Source: Podarcis filfolensis
Taxonomy: Eukaryota
DNA: 64,000 nt
Assembly (NCBI GenBank): GCA_964270895.1
Contig: OZ185443.1
Strand: one strand, 5' to 3'
The notes under the pieces: model-generated
What the model saw: only the letters and a program-made list of their open reading frames with translations
What the model was told of the DNA's origin: nothing
Database searches by the model: none
Position numbers and translations under genes: made by a program
Shown: positions 24,975-38,510 of the stretch, one piece after another
How the letters are laid out: each line of letters opens with the position of its first letter
Numbering within the stretch: the first letter of the stretch is position 1

Positions 24975-27900
24975 TTGTACTGCTTACTTGTACTGCTTAC
25001 TGCCAAAATAAGCTTCTAAACCTACTTGTGGTTTACCCAGGTGAAAGAAACCCATGAGCCCCACATGGCAGCCCAACGGGCTTAAAATATCTCCTGTGTT
25101 TTCTGTCAGTTTTGTACTGTAAAAACCCAACTATATGTCTGCTCATGCTCTAAGTCTGGTGTCAGCGGGTTGCAGGTTGTTCACAACTGATGTGAAGCTC
25201 ATACATGAAAATATGTGTGGCCCTGAAAAGTTAGGCAAATTTGAGTCTTATAGCTCCACCCTGCCAATATACACACCTCTGAAATTCTTGTCTCTCATAA
25301 TATTCTTGGCTGGCAACAAGATTTCTCATTAGCTGGAAGAGGTAATGAGTAGGTTAAATGTCGTAAGTCCCCAAATGCACTTTAATGCAACCATAAATAA
25401 GAATGTGTTGCAAAATAGCATAATAGATGGTAGTAAAATACAGCATAATAATAATGTACACAGTATGAAATAGAATGATTTTTTTTTATTTCTATTGAAC
25501 AGCATTTAATGTGATTTCTTCACATTCTTCAATGCCTAGCAGTGCTGCAGCAATTATCTGTGTTTGCCTGTCAGCAGGTACCCCAGGAAGAATTCCTGTC
25601 CATTGAATCTTTTCTTTTTGACTACTTTGCTGAGATGACTCTTCCTGGACCATAGGAAAAGAGCTGTAGCTCAGTAGCAGAACATCTGTTCAACCCATAG
25701 CTTCTTTGGGTAGGATTGGGAATGTTCCCAATATGAAAAACTAGACAGTCACTCACGTTGCAAGATTCTAACTAGCGTGTCAATATCTGAGGCCTTTGTG
25801 TGTGTATATAGAAGAGCATGCCTTCATCACACAAACAATGCAACATGGCCTTCGTATAAAAACCAAATTGGCCCAACACCTGTACAGAAATCAGATGAAG
25901 TACAAGCGGGGGTGGAGACCAGAGTGGGTTTGCACTTCTGGAATGGCTCAAAACACCTGGAGAAAATGTAGCTAATGATCCTATAGAATTTGCACAAACA
26001 AGTCACACCAAATTTCATTTTAGACAAAATTCTGGATTGGCCATATGCAAATCTCTCTTCACAGCTCTCAGCATACCACCTACATCTCTGCTTTTGCCCT
26101 TCTTAGTGTGCAACTTCAAAGATCATTGTGCATGAACTATTCACAGGTTCAGGATTTCGTTGGAAATTCAGTCCCTACTGAATTAAGAGTTCTGTGTGGC
26201 CATGCTCATCTCCTTTCAATTCATCAAACCAGCTGTGCTTTGGAGATTCCTGGGTGAAGGCCTGGATTCATGGAACCATTTAGGCTTTTAAGTATTTCTG
26301 ATACTTAAAAGCCTAACAGCTGTCTCAAGAAAACGGAGGATAACTATTGCCCTCAATCAAGCCTGCAAACAGCAGTCACCCTCCGTTTACTGTCTAGTAA
26401 TGAACTTTTCACTGTTCTTTTTGACATGCAGCATTCCAAAATGTGCTTTAAAATACATATTTCTACTTGGATTTTTGTATATAAGCTGCTGGTGAAATCC
26501 ATTGAAAGAAACATGCAGAGCCAGTGTATGAACTGACTGAATATTGCTACAACAGCAGGTTTTTGCAGATCTGGATTGCATGTGTGATTTTGTGTTGCAT
26601 TTTTTATTGTCACAATCTGAAATGTGAATGTGTAAATAAAGTGGTATGTAGTATGTTTATTGATGATTTTCATTCTGAGGTTTTGAACATAGCAGCTGTC
26701 GGTAGAATTGAGGGTGTTTTTACGAATATAATCCACTTTATCACATTTTTGGCAATGTTGTCTAAAGATGGTAGATTTGGGGGTATTTATAAAGAATCCA
26801 TGAATAAGACAAACAATAAAATTGTACATAAACAAAAGCCCAGAAACAGATGGGCCCGTACTACTGCCTATGGTCGTTTATTTTTAAATTCTTGCTTTTT
26901 CCTGATGGGGGAAAAATAGCACTTTAAATTAAATATACTCTCATTTTGTTCTGTATTATATTTTTCCTCTCTCTCTCTTGCTCTCTCCTTCCCTCTCCCT
27001 CTCTTTTGCTGTTAGGCCTATCATAACCTTTATCTTAGCTTTGCATGAGCGGCATTACGCCAATAGTTTCTTCAACCCACTAATCCCTTTAGCTTGAGAA
27101 CCAACAGTTGTTTTACAGCTTACATCCTCTCTGACAGTTGCCTTTCTAGCAGATGCTACAAAGAAAGCATAAAAGAGTACATTGTTATATAGACTGGAGA
27201 TAAGGATCGCTTTGTTTTGTTTTCTACCAAAGAACTGAAGGTGAAATGAGAGAGCCATTACATTCCAGGATATGCATTTCATGGCCCACTAGTGTCAGAA
27301 AGGTCTTTCAGATTTTTGGAGTGCTTTAGAAATCTGGATGACCAGAATCTGAACCAGAATGACCAAGAGTTTCACAGGTAACCATTACTCCACCATTATT
27401 ACTACCCCAATCTCTTTTGAAAGAGGTGGTTGGTCTTGGAGTATGCTTCAAGGGTCAGGACCAAAATTGTTCTGGAATTTCCTTGCACTGGAATAGCCAC
27501 AGCATGAAAATACATTCTCTAATCACCTTTGAAAGCAGGGAAGTTCCCCATGCTCATCTAAGCATGCGATCAGTCGTCATACCTACTGCTGGAGAAAAAA
27601 TAAGTTGTCCAATTTTTAAAGCAGACCTTCAAAGTAGTGGTGGTGGTGGTGGTGGGGTGGCGACTTCTATAGATCTGGTCAATATGAATGCCAGGCAGAA
27701 CAAGAACTGCTACTGAGTGGGGTGGGAATCAAAGTTAAATTGGGAAGGGGATAGAGAAGTGGGAAAGTTGGAATGCTGAATGAAAAGAGGAGAGTTGGAG
27801 AGTAGGGTCCTCATGGGACAGATGAAGAGTGATGGGAGCTTTCCATTCCTCCTCTACTTTAAAAAGTCACAAACTTTATATGGTATACAATAATGATGCT

Positions 27901-30463
27901 GCCACTATAGATTTTTGTCTTTATCTATAATTGGCATACAGCTGCAGAATAACAAACTGATGTTAATCCCCTCCCCTTTTGTTCCTCCTACCAAAACAAT
28001 CTTTTCCATCAACTGTTGATAGCCTTGGACGTCCATATCCACAGAACAAAATTGCCTCAGGAGATGGACTGAAATGGGAGTCCTTTCTATAATATAACAT
28101 TTTTTGCCAGCTGTATTGAAGGGTGAGGTGGAGAAATGACTGCTGGGAGTACAGAGAGAGAGAAACCCATGGTACACCTGCCCCATAGATGCAGCTCATC
28201 TTCCCTAGCTGCAGTAAAACATGTCTCTCCTGTCTCTACAGCCACAGCAGGTGCTGAAACTCTCCAGTGATTTGACTTTACTCCTGATGGAGAACTCTTC
28301 CATTGTCTCTCAGGACAGATAGATGCCAAGAACAAAATTAGACTTGTAAGGCTTTTGAAATGTGCTATATTTCCAGAGCAAGGCTATGTAGGCTATGAAA
28401 AATTTAAACAGATAATGATCTCTCCCTTCCTATTTTACTGTTGGCTATCTATTAATACTGTGTGAGACACTAAGAGAAGATTAATGGAGCTAGCAGGCCA
28501 AAATGATGTGAAGAGTACCTGGTTGCAAGGGTGCCAACATGTATAAAATGTTGGGTGGGCAGGTAAGCCTCACCCCACAAAATTGATTACGAGATGCAGC
28601 ACATGCACAACGTTTGAATGGCAATGTCTATCAACTTTGGAGGGCTCACTCAAATATTTTAATGGGTGTGTGTGACGAAACCTCAACCCCTAGGATTTGG
28701 CTCCTGTGCCTGGTTGAAACATCTGCAACATTCATCCTTGTTGTACTCAACTGATACAGCTTTGTTGACTTCCATCTTGTTGTATGCCATAGCATGAAAG
28801 GAGGGAGAGACCAGGTTGGATGATGGCAAACTGCCCTTGCCTTTGGGTTGGCAGGTTTTTGGTGAGTGCACTTTTGGCCAGACATGTGCACTTTGGGAAA
28901 TGTTGGATAGCAGGGCCAGGATGTCCATGTTAGGTACACATGTCCAAGACTGCTTTAGAGGGGAATATTTTGGTTCCGCTCCTTCTATTTTGAGCTAGAG
29001 AGTACGCCTATGAACATGCCCAAGGGAATGGAAGGATGCAATCTTACCAGACCCATCCATAATCCACTTGACTGTACTTTTGTAATTTGATTGCAGATTT
29101 TCTATTTATATAGATAACAAATACAAAAATTTCTATCAAATATTATGCCTCAAAAGTCTTCCTTATAGGTTTACGGGCAGCAGGGCCTTTTGGGTGTTAG
29201 TACCCAACCAGCGAGATGCCATCCATCTGAAGACTAGGTTTTTTAGGTACTAGTTTAAACTTTTTTTGTGGATGGTTAGGATTGGCAAGCTTTTAATATT
29301 TAACAATCTGCTTGTTTTATGGTCAGCTGCTTAAAGTGCTATATTTTTAGTGCTGCTGTTTTAAAAAATATAGATTAGACCATGGGGCAATGAACCCATT
29401 GTCAACCGCCCATCAACATTGACAGGCAGAGTCTTTCCCAGTGCTTTCTGTGCTAAACATTCCCACCCCCTTTGTGTAAATCTCCTTGAATATCTTCCCT
29501 GAAAAGCAGGAGGAGAAGGAGGGTGGTGATGGTCCTGTTTCTGATAAAATTCAGTAAAACATTCCTGCTAGAAGACATTCAGGAAGACAGCCAGAATATA
29601 AGATACTACCCAGGGTTGTTTGAAGGCCCTAAATAAAAATTATTAAATGAAAGTTAAGGAGAATATACACTGGATATTATCCAGCTGAAACTAAGCATTT
29701 TTAAAACATCCGACTGATTTCAGTGATAGAGTTAAGTATGTGCATGAAACAAAATTGTCAAAAATGTACTTTAGATAAGTACTACCCCCACAAATATGAG
29801 GTATCAAAGTGGAATCAAATTATATGTGTAATGTATGCTTTTGGCACAGACCCCTGTCTGGCAAGCAGGAAAAAGGCCATTTTTGTGATTGCCTGCAATG
29901 CTAGAGGGATCAGGTCAGTGTTAATTCTGCACATTTATAATGCTGTCACCACCCAGATGTTTACATATGCTCTTGTTCCAATTTTCAAGAAGATAAATAA
30001 CAGATGGAAATCTGCACATTATCCCATTTCTTTGGAGTATTGAGAGTCGTAAAGGATTGCTGCTGTTCCCTGAATAATTGTAAGCATGCGTATATTGACC
30101 TTCTTTCTTTGAAAATCTCAAAGGCATTCGCTACATTGATGAATCAAGTACAAGGACTATGGAGCGATGTGAGCGAGCCATATATCTAAATTGCAGCTGC
30201 AGTTTGAAGGTAGTCAGTACTGTAGTACTTTGAAAGTGAAGGACGCACAGGTTATGCTAGGATATACTAGGGTATGAATGAAACATCTGAAAAATCCTAC
30301 AATATGAAAACAACATTTATTTCCATGAATAACCATCCAAATGTGACCTTTTGGGGGGGGGTTGGTCAAAATATCTGTAAAATCAGTGTTATTTCTTGAC
30401 CCAAGCAAATTTGTAGTGATAGTAATTAAGGCGGTTAGGTTCAAGCCCAATATTATTTTGTAG

Positions 30464-30795
30464 CAGTATACCTGAAGGAGCGTCTCCACCCCCATCATTC
30501 AGCCCAGATACTGAGGTCCTCCTCCGAGAATCTTCTGCTGGTTCCCTCACTGTGAGAAGAGAAGTTGCAGGGAACCAGGCAGAGGGCCTTCTTGGTAGTA
30601 GTGCCTGCCCTGTGAAATGCCCTCCCTTCAGATGTCAAGGAGATAAAGAATTACATAAGTTTTAGAAGACATCTGAAGGCAGCCCTGTATTGGGAAGTTT
30701 TTAATATTTGGTGTTTTTATTATGTTTTTTAGACATGCTGTAAGCCATCCAGAGTGGCTGGGGAAACCCAGCCAGATGGGCAGGGTATAAATAAA

Positions 30796-30853
<58 letters not shown>
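30464..30853 (+). mobile_element. L2-clade LINE 3' fragment with (TTA)n tail
   Basis: Colinear with 12760-13095 (TATACCTGAAGGAGC...CAGGGAACCAGGCAGAGG...GGCAGCCCTG...CCAGAGTGGCTGGG). Confidence 0.88.
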
Positions 30854-30855
<2 letters not shown>

Positions 30856-31993
30856 GCAGCTGTACAAAGCCTGCTTGTTATGTTTCTTTCTCTCCTGCTC
30901 CTTGTTTCAATCATTCTCAAAGGAAAAAAAAATACCCCATTCCACACATTCTATTTTGATAGCAGTGAAAGCTCACATGCACATTTTTGTAGAAAACTTA
31001 AAACTGATAAGTGGACCAACTGATTCTATATGCCAGATGGATTAGTGGCGGCAACAGAAGCAGCCATGTGGGAGATTTCATTGACTTCTGAATCTTGCAT
31101 TATGGAATTCCTGATGGCAAGCTGATATTGTAATGTTTTTTAATTATTTTAGAGGGCATTGACCAGAAACTTTAACTGAAGCCAGCTGGCCTCCTAAAAC
31201 CATACATTGTTTTATTATCTTAGAGGTAAAAACTCAACACTATTTGCAACAATAGGATATTGCAGCCCAATAATTCCTTCCTAGATCAGACCAAGGTCCA
31301 GTATTTTGCCTCCTGACAATGGTTAACCATTAAGCTGGCAATGAAGCTTTTATCTTTCTTACTGTTTTTGTTTGTGGCATCTTATATACAAAATAATGCC
31401 TCTAAATGGAGCTCTCTTTTAGCCATTCATAGACACATCATCCATGAATCTTGTGTTTGTGTTTGTATACACGTTAGAGGCTATATTATCACACCTTGTG
31501 GTAGTGATCAAAGTCCAGTCAGTGTCTTAACTTTGATCAAGTCACACATTGTGTGTCTCTGAATGTTAAGATGCTTTGCAAAGATTTTACGCTGAAATTT
31601 GATGTATTGAAGGGAAAGAGAATCATGGGTCTAAAGTCATCGTTATCCACCAAACAGACTTCGTGCTCGTTGTGCAACATCAGTTTATTAAGGTTGAATC
31701 TTTGTCATATTGTTGAAATACTTGTGTAGAGATAGCAGATGTTAGTCACTCCAGGTCTGAATGATCAGACATGGGAGGTCTACAGTTCAGATGCTACTGT
31801 AATTCTGAACTTTTGAAATTCAAGGCAAACCTACAAGTGAAAGGAGGGACCTGAAAACCAAAGCCAGGATCTAGAGGGCACTACAGTGTCAGCCCACTAA
31901 ATGGGATCCAGCTTTCCACCTTCTCAACAGTATAAGTAAAGGACACTGCATGTTCAGTCACCCAAACCTCCTCATCATTTTTGTGTCTGCCTA

Positions 31994-32397
31994 AGCTGGA
32001 CCATAAAGAAGGCTGATTGCCGAAGAATTGATGCTTTTGAATTATGGTGCTGGAGGAGACTCTTGAGAGTCCCATGGACTGCAAGAAGATCAAACCTATC
32101 CATTCTGAAGGAAATCAGCCCTGAGTGCTCACTGGAAGGACAGATCCTGAAGCTGAGGCTCCAATACTTTGGCCACCTCATGAGAAGAGAAAACTCCCTG
32201 GAAAAGACCCTGATGTTGGGAAAGATGGAGGGCACAAGGAGAAGGTGACGACAGAGGATGAGATGGTTGGACAGTGTTCTCTAAGCAACTAACATGAGTT
32301 TGACCAAACTGAGGAGGCAGTGGAAGACAGGAGTGCCTGGCATGCTCTGGTCCATGGGGTCACGAAGAGTCGGACACAACTAAATGACTAAACAACA
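31994..32397 (+). mobile_element. BovB (RTE) LINE 3' fragment
   Basis: RVPWTARRSNLSILKEISPECSLEGQILKLRLQYFGHLMRRENSLEKTLMLGK, with 3' end CCATGGGGTCACGAAGAGTCGGACAC...AACAAC. Confidence 0.93.
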
Positions 32398-32765
32398 AAA
32401 AAAGCTCCTGATTACTATTGTAATAATGGTTTGGCCTATTAGTCATAGGAATTGCGTGTCCTCTCAAAATGCCTGTAATATCTTTTGGTTTTTCATTGGA
32501 TGGAATATCCCTGCAATTCTTTAGCATTGGAAATGCATTTGAAATGGTGGACATGGCGATGGCTCTCACATTCGTTGGTTTCCTGTAAAGAAGATTCCGA
32601 ATCACTGTTTTCTCATGCTAATATTTAATGGATGGGCTGCTTGGAATGAAGGTTATACTGAAACGCATCCTGTGAAGCATAAACACTATGATGTCGATTG
32701 TGATCTTCCTGCAGTGTGGCCCAGTTTGCATGTAACAATCAGCCAAACCATGACTTAGTGTAACC

Positions 32766-32922
32766 CAGGCATGTCCAATTCTGGCTCCCCCCAAAAAGCT
32801 CAAGAACTTTGGCTCTCCAAAAAAAAGCTCAGCTAACTCTGGTCAATCCAATGGATAGATCACTGCCAGTTTTCTTTTATAGTGAGAGTAGATCCCAGTC
32901 TCTTGGAAGTTGGACATGCCTG
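32766..32922. mobile_element. hAT-type MITE
   Basis: TIRs CAGGCATGTCCAA and TTGGACATGCCTG. TSD GTGTAACC/GTGCAACC. Confidence 0.85.
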
Positions 32923-34419
32923 GTGCAACCAATCAAACATAGGTGCCCTTGGAGAGGGAATATTGGTTGCAATGTTATTCCTTGATTCCTCGGCTGAGCT
33001 TAAGCCATGGTTTGAATTACTGCATCATGCAAACCCAGGCTAATAGTTAGTTCTATCCCCAAAAAGCCATGAGCTATAAGCAAGATTTGTCCTGTTGTTT
33101 ACGGCTCATTTTTTTCCTGGGAGACCTATACCATGAGCCGAGGTTCAAATGACATGCTAAACCAAGCTATGGATTCATGTGAAGCAATGCAGCACAGAAC
33201 AGCTGGTGAGTGGCAAATCAGCTGCAATCTCTTCTCCAGGAATCTGCTTGTTCACACTAAGACATTGTTTGACTTAGAATTACATGCAAATGAGAACATA
33301 GTGACTAAAGCAAAATCTGGAGATTCTGCCTCCCTCCCTGCCCTCCCACCCAAAACAGTAATTCTTTAAGGGAATGAAAAATCAAAATAGAACAAAATGA
33401 AAAGAACTAATGGAATTTCTTGGGGCAGTTCAGCAAATCTCTATTTTGTACAAAAACCTACTCTAGCAAAATCTCTCTCTTTTGTTGAATTTTCAAATGA
33501 TTTACAAACATCTTATGTGAACTCTATATAACCTTTTTATCTTTTGTGCTAATTTAATTAAAAACTACCAAACATGACAAATTTCAGATGACTTCTCATG
33601 GGGATAAATTAAGTCTTTGTTCACGACAATGAGTATGAGGTCACTGAATCTCACTGTGAAAACATTGATCCTCCTGGGAAAAAAAAAATATTTGTGAGTT
33701 GTACAAATTAGATATAACCTGATCTGCTTTGTAGAAAGAATGCAAGTCAATCACAAGAGACATTAGTTGGTTTGCCTCTTGATCTAGTAAAGCCAATAAA
33801 TTGCTGGCTTTTTTTCTCCCTGCAACCTTGAAATTTACCAGCCAGGACTGTCACAATAGCATCAAGGGATGCACATTAAAGTTTACGAACTTGTGTTAAA
33901 AGTTTTTTGGATCTGTTCATGAGCAAAGTTGATAATGTGTTTATAGCTAAATATGTCTATAAACATTTGATTGGCAGTGATGGTTGTTGGAAGACTTTAT
34001 GATCATGAAGCGATTAATCTTTGAACTATAATGTGAATTTCATCCTTCAACAGATGCATAAAACAAAGTGCTTCATAAATCAAGTGTTGGATAGTTATAT
34101 GAAGCAGAATATCGTATTTTTGCCTCCCCTTTCTTGCCTTATTTTTAAGGAGTTTAAGCTTAAAGGAGCACACGTTCCAACCTGCTAAACATACACACAT
34201 TTGTCAAACCTTTTTGTAAGAAAGTAGCAGAACATCTTAGTTGTGCTTCAGATGTGTGTCATTTGGCACTGCCCAATGATGTGAAAAGAGCTAGCCTACT
34301 GCTTGTGTCCCTGACTCTCATCTGTCCTTGCTGAATCCATGTAGGTTGATCTTAGAAGGTGATTAACACCTACCTTCAGAATTCCTTCACCCTTGAAAGG
34401 CACAGTTGTGAGGCTATTA

Positions 34420-34664
34420 CAGTGGTACCTCGGGTTAAGAACTTAATTCGTTCTGGAGGTTCATTCCTAACCTGAAACTGTTCTTAACCTGAGGTACCAC
34501 TTTAGCTAATGGGGCCTCCCGCTGCTGCCACCGCGCCACCACCGCACAATTTCTGTTCTCATCCTGAAGCAGATTTCTTAACCCAAGGTACTATTTCTGG
34601 GTTAGCGGAGTCTGTAACCTAAAGCGTCTGTAACCTGAAGCATCTGTAACTCGAGGTACCACTG
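34420..34664. mobile_element. Tc1/mariner-superfamily MITE (opposite orientation to 14117)
   Basis: CAGTGGTACCTCG...CGAGGTACCACTG with TA/TG flanks. Confidence 0.88.
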
Positions 34665-35350
34665 TGCATTAAAAAGTGGGGAGTGGTTCCTATGGGTCTC
34701 CTGTCTTCAATATAATATTGAACAACATGATGGAAGTTTCAGTTTCTTTTACTTGATGGTGGTTAAAGTTGTTTTTGTTTGTTTAAGCGTTCATTGAATG
34801 GGAACAAACTGAAATCCTCTTAAAAAATCATTGAGGGCTGATGGTGGAAAACATTTCTCCACTCTCCACTCTCAGAAGGTCTGCTTTCCTTATTTAACTT
34901 TATGAAGTGGTCAACGGTTTTCCATGTTTTGGTTGTTTTTCTTGGAAAGCTCAGTGTAGCTCCTTCTGCCATTTTCTGCCACTTATGGTTCCTGGAATGT
35001 CTTTGGACATTGCATCACATCCTGTTGCTCTCAAGATATTCCGGAAAGTGTGGCTGGCAGGAACTTGCGTTCCATGGTTTTTCTGGTGGGAAGTGGCATG
35101 AAGTTCTCCCAAAAGCTTCCTGCCTGACAAAAACCCATAACTTAACCAGAACTCCCCTGCTGAAAAGACTGGTAAAATTTCTTACCTCCCCAGAAAGCAG
35201 CATAAAATTTCTCAGGTGGCAACAGGGTGTGTGTGTGTGTATGTGTGTGTGTGTGTGTGTGGCCCAGCTTTAATACTGCTTATCTAATTACCAGTCTGCC
35301 TTCAGACCTGTGTTTTGGACAATAAACATCAGAGATGTGTTACAGAGACA

Positions 35351-35874
35351 CAGGACTGGTCCACCCATAAAGCAAGGGGAGGAGACTGCCTCAGGCAGCA
35401 GGATCCATAGGGGCAGCAGGGTCCATAGGGAACACATCACCTGTTGCTGCTCACACAGTGACTTCAGTGTTTACGGCACACTCTATGGAGGTCAGATCTG
35501 CCGCCACCTCTGCAGCTCCCCCTGCCCCAATGCTGCCTCTATAGTGGCCTCTCAGTGAGTAGGAGGGGCTTCTGGTCTCCTCCCACCTCTAGAGTGGAAT
35601 TGATGAGGTCTGCCCTTTGGGGTCTTCTGGGTTCTTCTGCACCTGCCCGCTGCAATTTGGAGCAGGCCCCTTCCTTTGCACCATGACAGCCTTTGATTCC
35701 CACTTCAACCTTTGGGCAAGATTGATTTAATTCCCTGCTTGTTCCTGAGGTAGATCTTCACCCCACACCCTGTTTCTGATGTAGATCTTCACTCACCCCT
35801 TCTTCTCCAATGGGAGGGGGTGGGTGCCATTTTGTGGTTTACCTTAGGTGCCAAAATGTCTTGGGCTGGTTCTA
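35351..35874. mobile_element. hAT-type non-autonomous element
   Basis: Degenerate TIRs CAGGACTGGTCC and GGGCTGGTTCTA. TSD CAGAGACA/CAGAGATG. Confidence 0.7.
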
Positions 35875-36549
35875 CAGAGATGTGCATGTCCAGCATTTTA
35901 ATGTTTTGTCTCTATGGTCACATCAGCAAAGATATTTTTCAGGGTGATTTCATACTTTGGTTTTCAATCTGTGCAATAAAACCGGAAGCAGAAATAAATT
36001 ACTTACTAAAAACTAATTCACTGAACAGTTAAAGAGTTCAGTGGCTTAGATTGGCTGTTAATATCTGCACATAAATCTGTACATAAATATAGTAATTTGA
36101 CTTCTTGAAACCTGATGAAATTATAAGACTTTTTAAGATCTAAAGTTATTACTCTCTTGGATCACAAGACTTGTGGTTTTTGTTTTTGTTTTCATTGCTG
36201 GATTTGGCCAGTTCTTGTAGTATTTCTGTCTCACATCTCTGAGAAACATCCTGGTTAAATTGTGGGGCTAGATGTTGCTTGTTTGATATGCTGTTCTAGA
36301 ATATGGCTATTATTTTGTCCACATCCATTCCAGAAAGACCCTTCTGCCTACAAAAGACTGCTGGTGGTACCCTATACATTTGAATACTATAATTTTGAAC
36401 CTAGGAATGGATTTTGAATCCACAAATAGATAAAATATATCATATAGACCCTGACCTTTGACCATACTGGCTGGAGTTGATGAGTTTCGAAACTGAGCAA
36501 GATCTGGAGGGCCACAGGTTCCCCACTATCCCCCCCCCCCCCCAGAAAG

Positions 36550-36675
36550 TCACAGAATCATAGAGTTGGAAGGGACCACATGGATAATCTAGTTCAACCT
36601 CCTGTGATGCCCAATGTGATGCTCAAACCATGACTCTGAGATTGAGTCTCATGCTCTACCAACAGAGCTATCTCC
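36550..36675 (-). mobile_element. tRNA-derived SINE with CR1-type 3' tail
   Basis: The reverse strand reads GGAGATAGCTCTGTTGGTAGAGCATGAGACTC (tRNA-like head) and ends CCCTTCCAACTCTATGATTCTGTG (CR1 tail). Confidence 0.7.
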
Positions 36676-37117
36676 AGTATAGCTCTTATTCCAATGTTAC
36701 ATACATTTATATTTTCTCTCCCATCATGATCTCTAACTGGTTACAGATTTCTAGAACCCTTTAGAGAAAACTGAAAGGGACCTTCAGATGTACAGTGGGC
36801 ACTCCTGCAATATATAAACTTTGAATCCACCATGCCCAGATAATTTTAAAACTGCATAAAAATAGCATTAAATTATTATGATGGCCTTTTGTTTTTTAAA
36901 AAAATCCAGACATAGAGCCCTTAAATAAATACCGTATTTTTTTGCTATATAAGACTCACTTTTTCCCTCCTAAAAAGTAAGGGGAAATGTGTATGCGTCT
37001 TATGGAGCGAATGCAGGCTGCGCAGCTATCCCAGAAGCCAGAACAGCAAGAGGGATTGCTGCTTTCACTGCGCAGTGATCCCTCTTGCTGTTCTGGCTTC
37101 TGAGATTCAGAATCTCT

Positions 37118-38385
37118 CTTTTTTAAAAAAATGATATTTATTAGAAGTTTAAAAGTTACAGAAAAAAGAAGAAAAGAAAACAACAAAGAATTAACAAAAC
37201 ATACATTACAATACATAAAAAACAAAGGAAAAAAAACAAAAACATAAAAACCAATACAACAATAACAATAACAATAAAAACACACATCCAATATTCCATA
37301 TCTTTATCTTTCATTTACTTGTTTCATCGACCTCCTCACACCTCCCTTTTCGTATTCTAGTTTAGTTATTTGTTTCAGCAAATTCTTTCCATCTTTCTCA
37401 ATTTTTATTGGATAATTTATCTTAACAGTCTAACCTATTAATTAACTCAGCAAATCCTTTCCATCTTTCACTATATTCTGTCGTTCAATTTACCTTAATT
37501 TATTTTAACCTTATCTTACCATAAAATACCTTAAAGCTTAAAACTTAATACTTATTTATACATAACTCCTTATATCATTTCTACTAAAGCCAAATAGTTT
37601 CATTCCAACATTTTTCCTAATACTCATTAATTTTACACTAATTCCCAAAATAAATTTTTAAAAACTTTCTTCCAATCTTCAGCCAACGTCTCTTCTTCCT
37701 GGTCTTGGGTTATGTCAGTCCTTACTGTCCATTCCATCTAGTCCATCAACCTGGTAATCTTATGTCCGAGGCTCTTAAGTCTTTTCCATGTCCTTTCTGC
37801 AGATCTTCTTCTTGTTTATACCTGCCCTTTACCTTGTCTTTTGTTGGTCTCTTTCTTAGTTTCTTTCCTTTCTCATTGAGGAGTAGGTCTCGGGGAGACT
37901 CCAAGCCGAAAATATCTCCATCTCCCCTCAGCAGATCAGCCCATTCCCCACAGTCCCATTCCCCACAGTCAGCAGTGTAGTCCAGAAAGTATTTAAAAGC
38001 ATGTTTCAAAGTCCCTCCAAAATTAAGAGCCCCCACAACTCCAGGCCCCCCCTGGCCCACTCCAGATTCAATCTTCAAGAACAGTGGCTTATGCTCCTGC
38101 AGGGCCTCGGGTCTCTCCATTTGTGTTACTTGAGGTTCAACAGCAACCTCCTCCATTGTCTTCTGCATTTGCACTTGCCCTGTCAAAACAGGTTCCTGGG
38201 TTGGTTCCTGAATGGTTTCTATATAAGTATTCACTGTTTGTCCAAAGTTTTTGACTGCAACAGTCATCAAATCCATCTTCTCATGCATCTGGTCCAACAA
38301 AGCACTTGTCTTGCAAAAAGCAAGCACCAAAACTTCTTCTAAACACTTTTTTATTCATGGTCAGAGTCTGGTCCCACGATCCTAA
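37118..38385 (-). mobile_element. L1-tailed retroelement insertion (non-autonomous, 5'-truncated)
   Basis: 17-bp TSD TGAGATTCAGAATCTCT (37101-37117 and 38386-38402). Minus-strand AATAAA at 37137-37142. A relic peptide MD*ME...DQEEETLAEDWKKFLKF resembles squamate L1 ORF2 C-termini. Confidence 0.75.
37746..38330 (-). pseudogene. 194-codon open frame inside the L1-tailed element; product unrecognised
   Basis: ORF track: E/Q-rich N-half, K/R-rich C-half and a tandem DCGEW duplication. No RT or EN motifs are visible. Confidence 0.45.
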
Positions 38386-38510
38386 TGAGATTCAGAATCT
38401 CTTTTTTCCTGTTTTCGCACCTTCTGGTGCGTCTTATAGAGCGAAAAATAAGGTACTCTTATAGGCCTCCCCCCTTTTTTTGCTATCTACCATGGACTCT
38501 TGTGGTAGTA

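Larger units (their letters stand above)
36932..38453. mobile_element. TA-targeting Tc1/mariner (pogo-like) MITE split by a retroelement
   Basis: TIRs CCGTATTTTTTTGCTATATAAGACTCAC and GTGCGTCTTATAGAGCGAAAAATAAGG. TA flanks at 36930-36931 and 38454-38455. Confidence 0.82.

Noticed and set aside
26353-26919. Overlapping 160-aa and 131-aa ORFs on opposite strands
   Set aside because: AT-rich, with composition typical of chance frames and no recognisable domain or splice context.
32360-32605. Protein-like 81-aa minus-strand ORF
   Set aside because: No family was recognised, it runs into BovB sequence, and the length is within chance expectation.
32985-33150. CCTCGGCT...AGCCGAGG inverted ends around CCATGG-rich sequence
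   Set aside because: Probably an old palindromic repeat, but there is no TSD and it is too degenerate to call.
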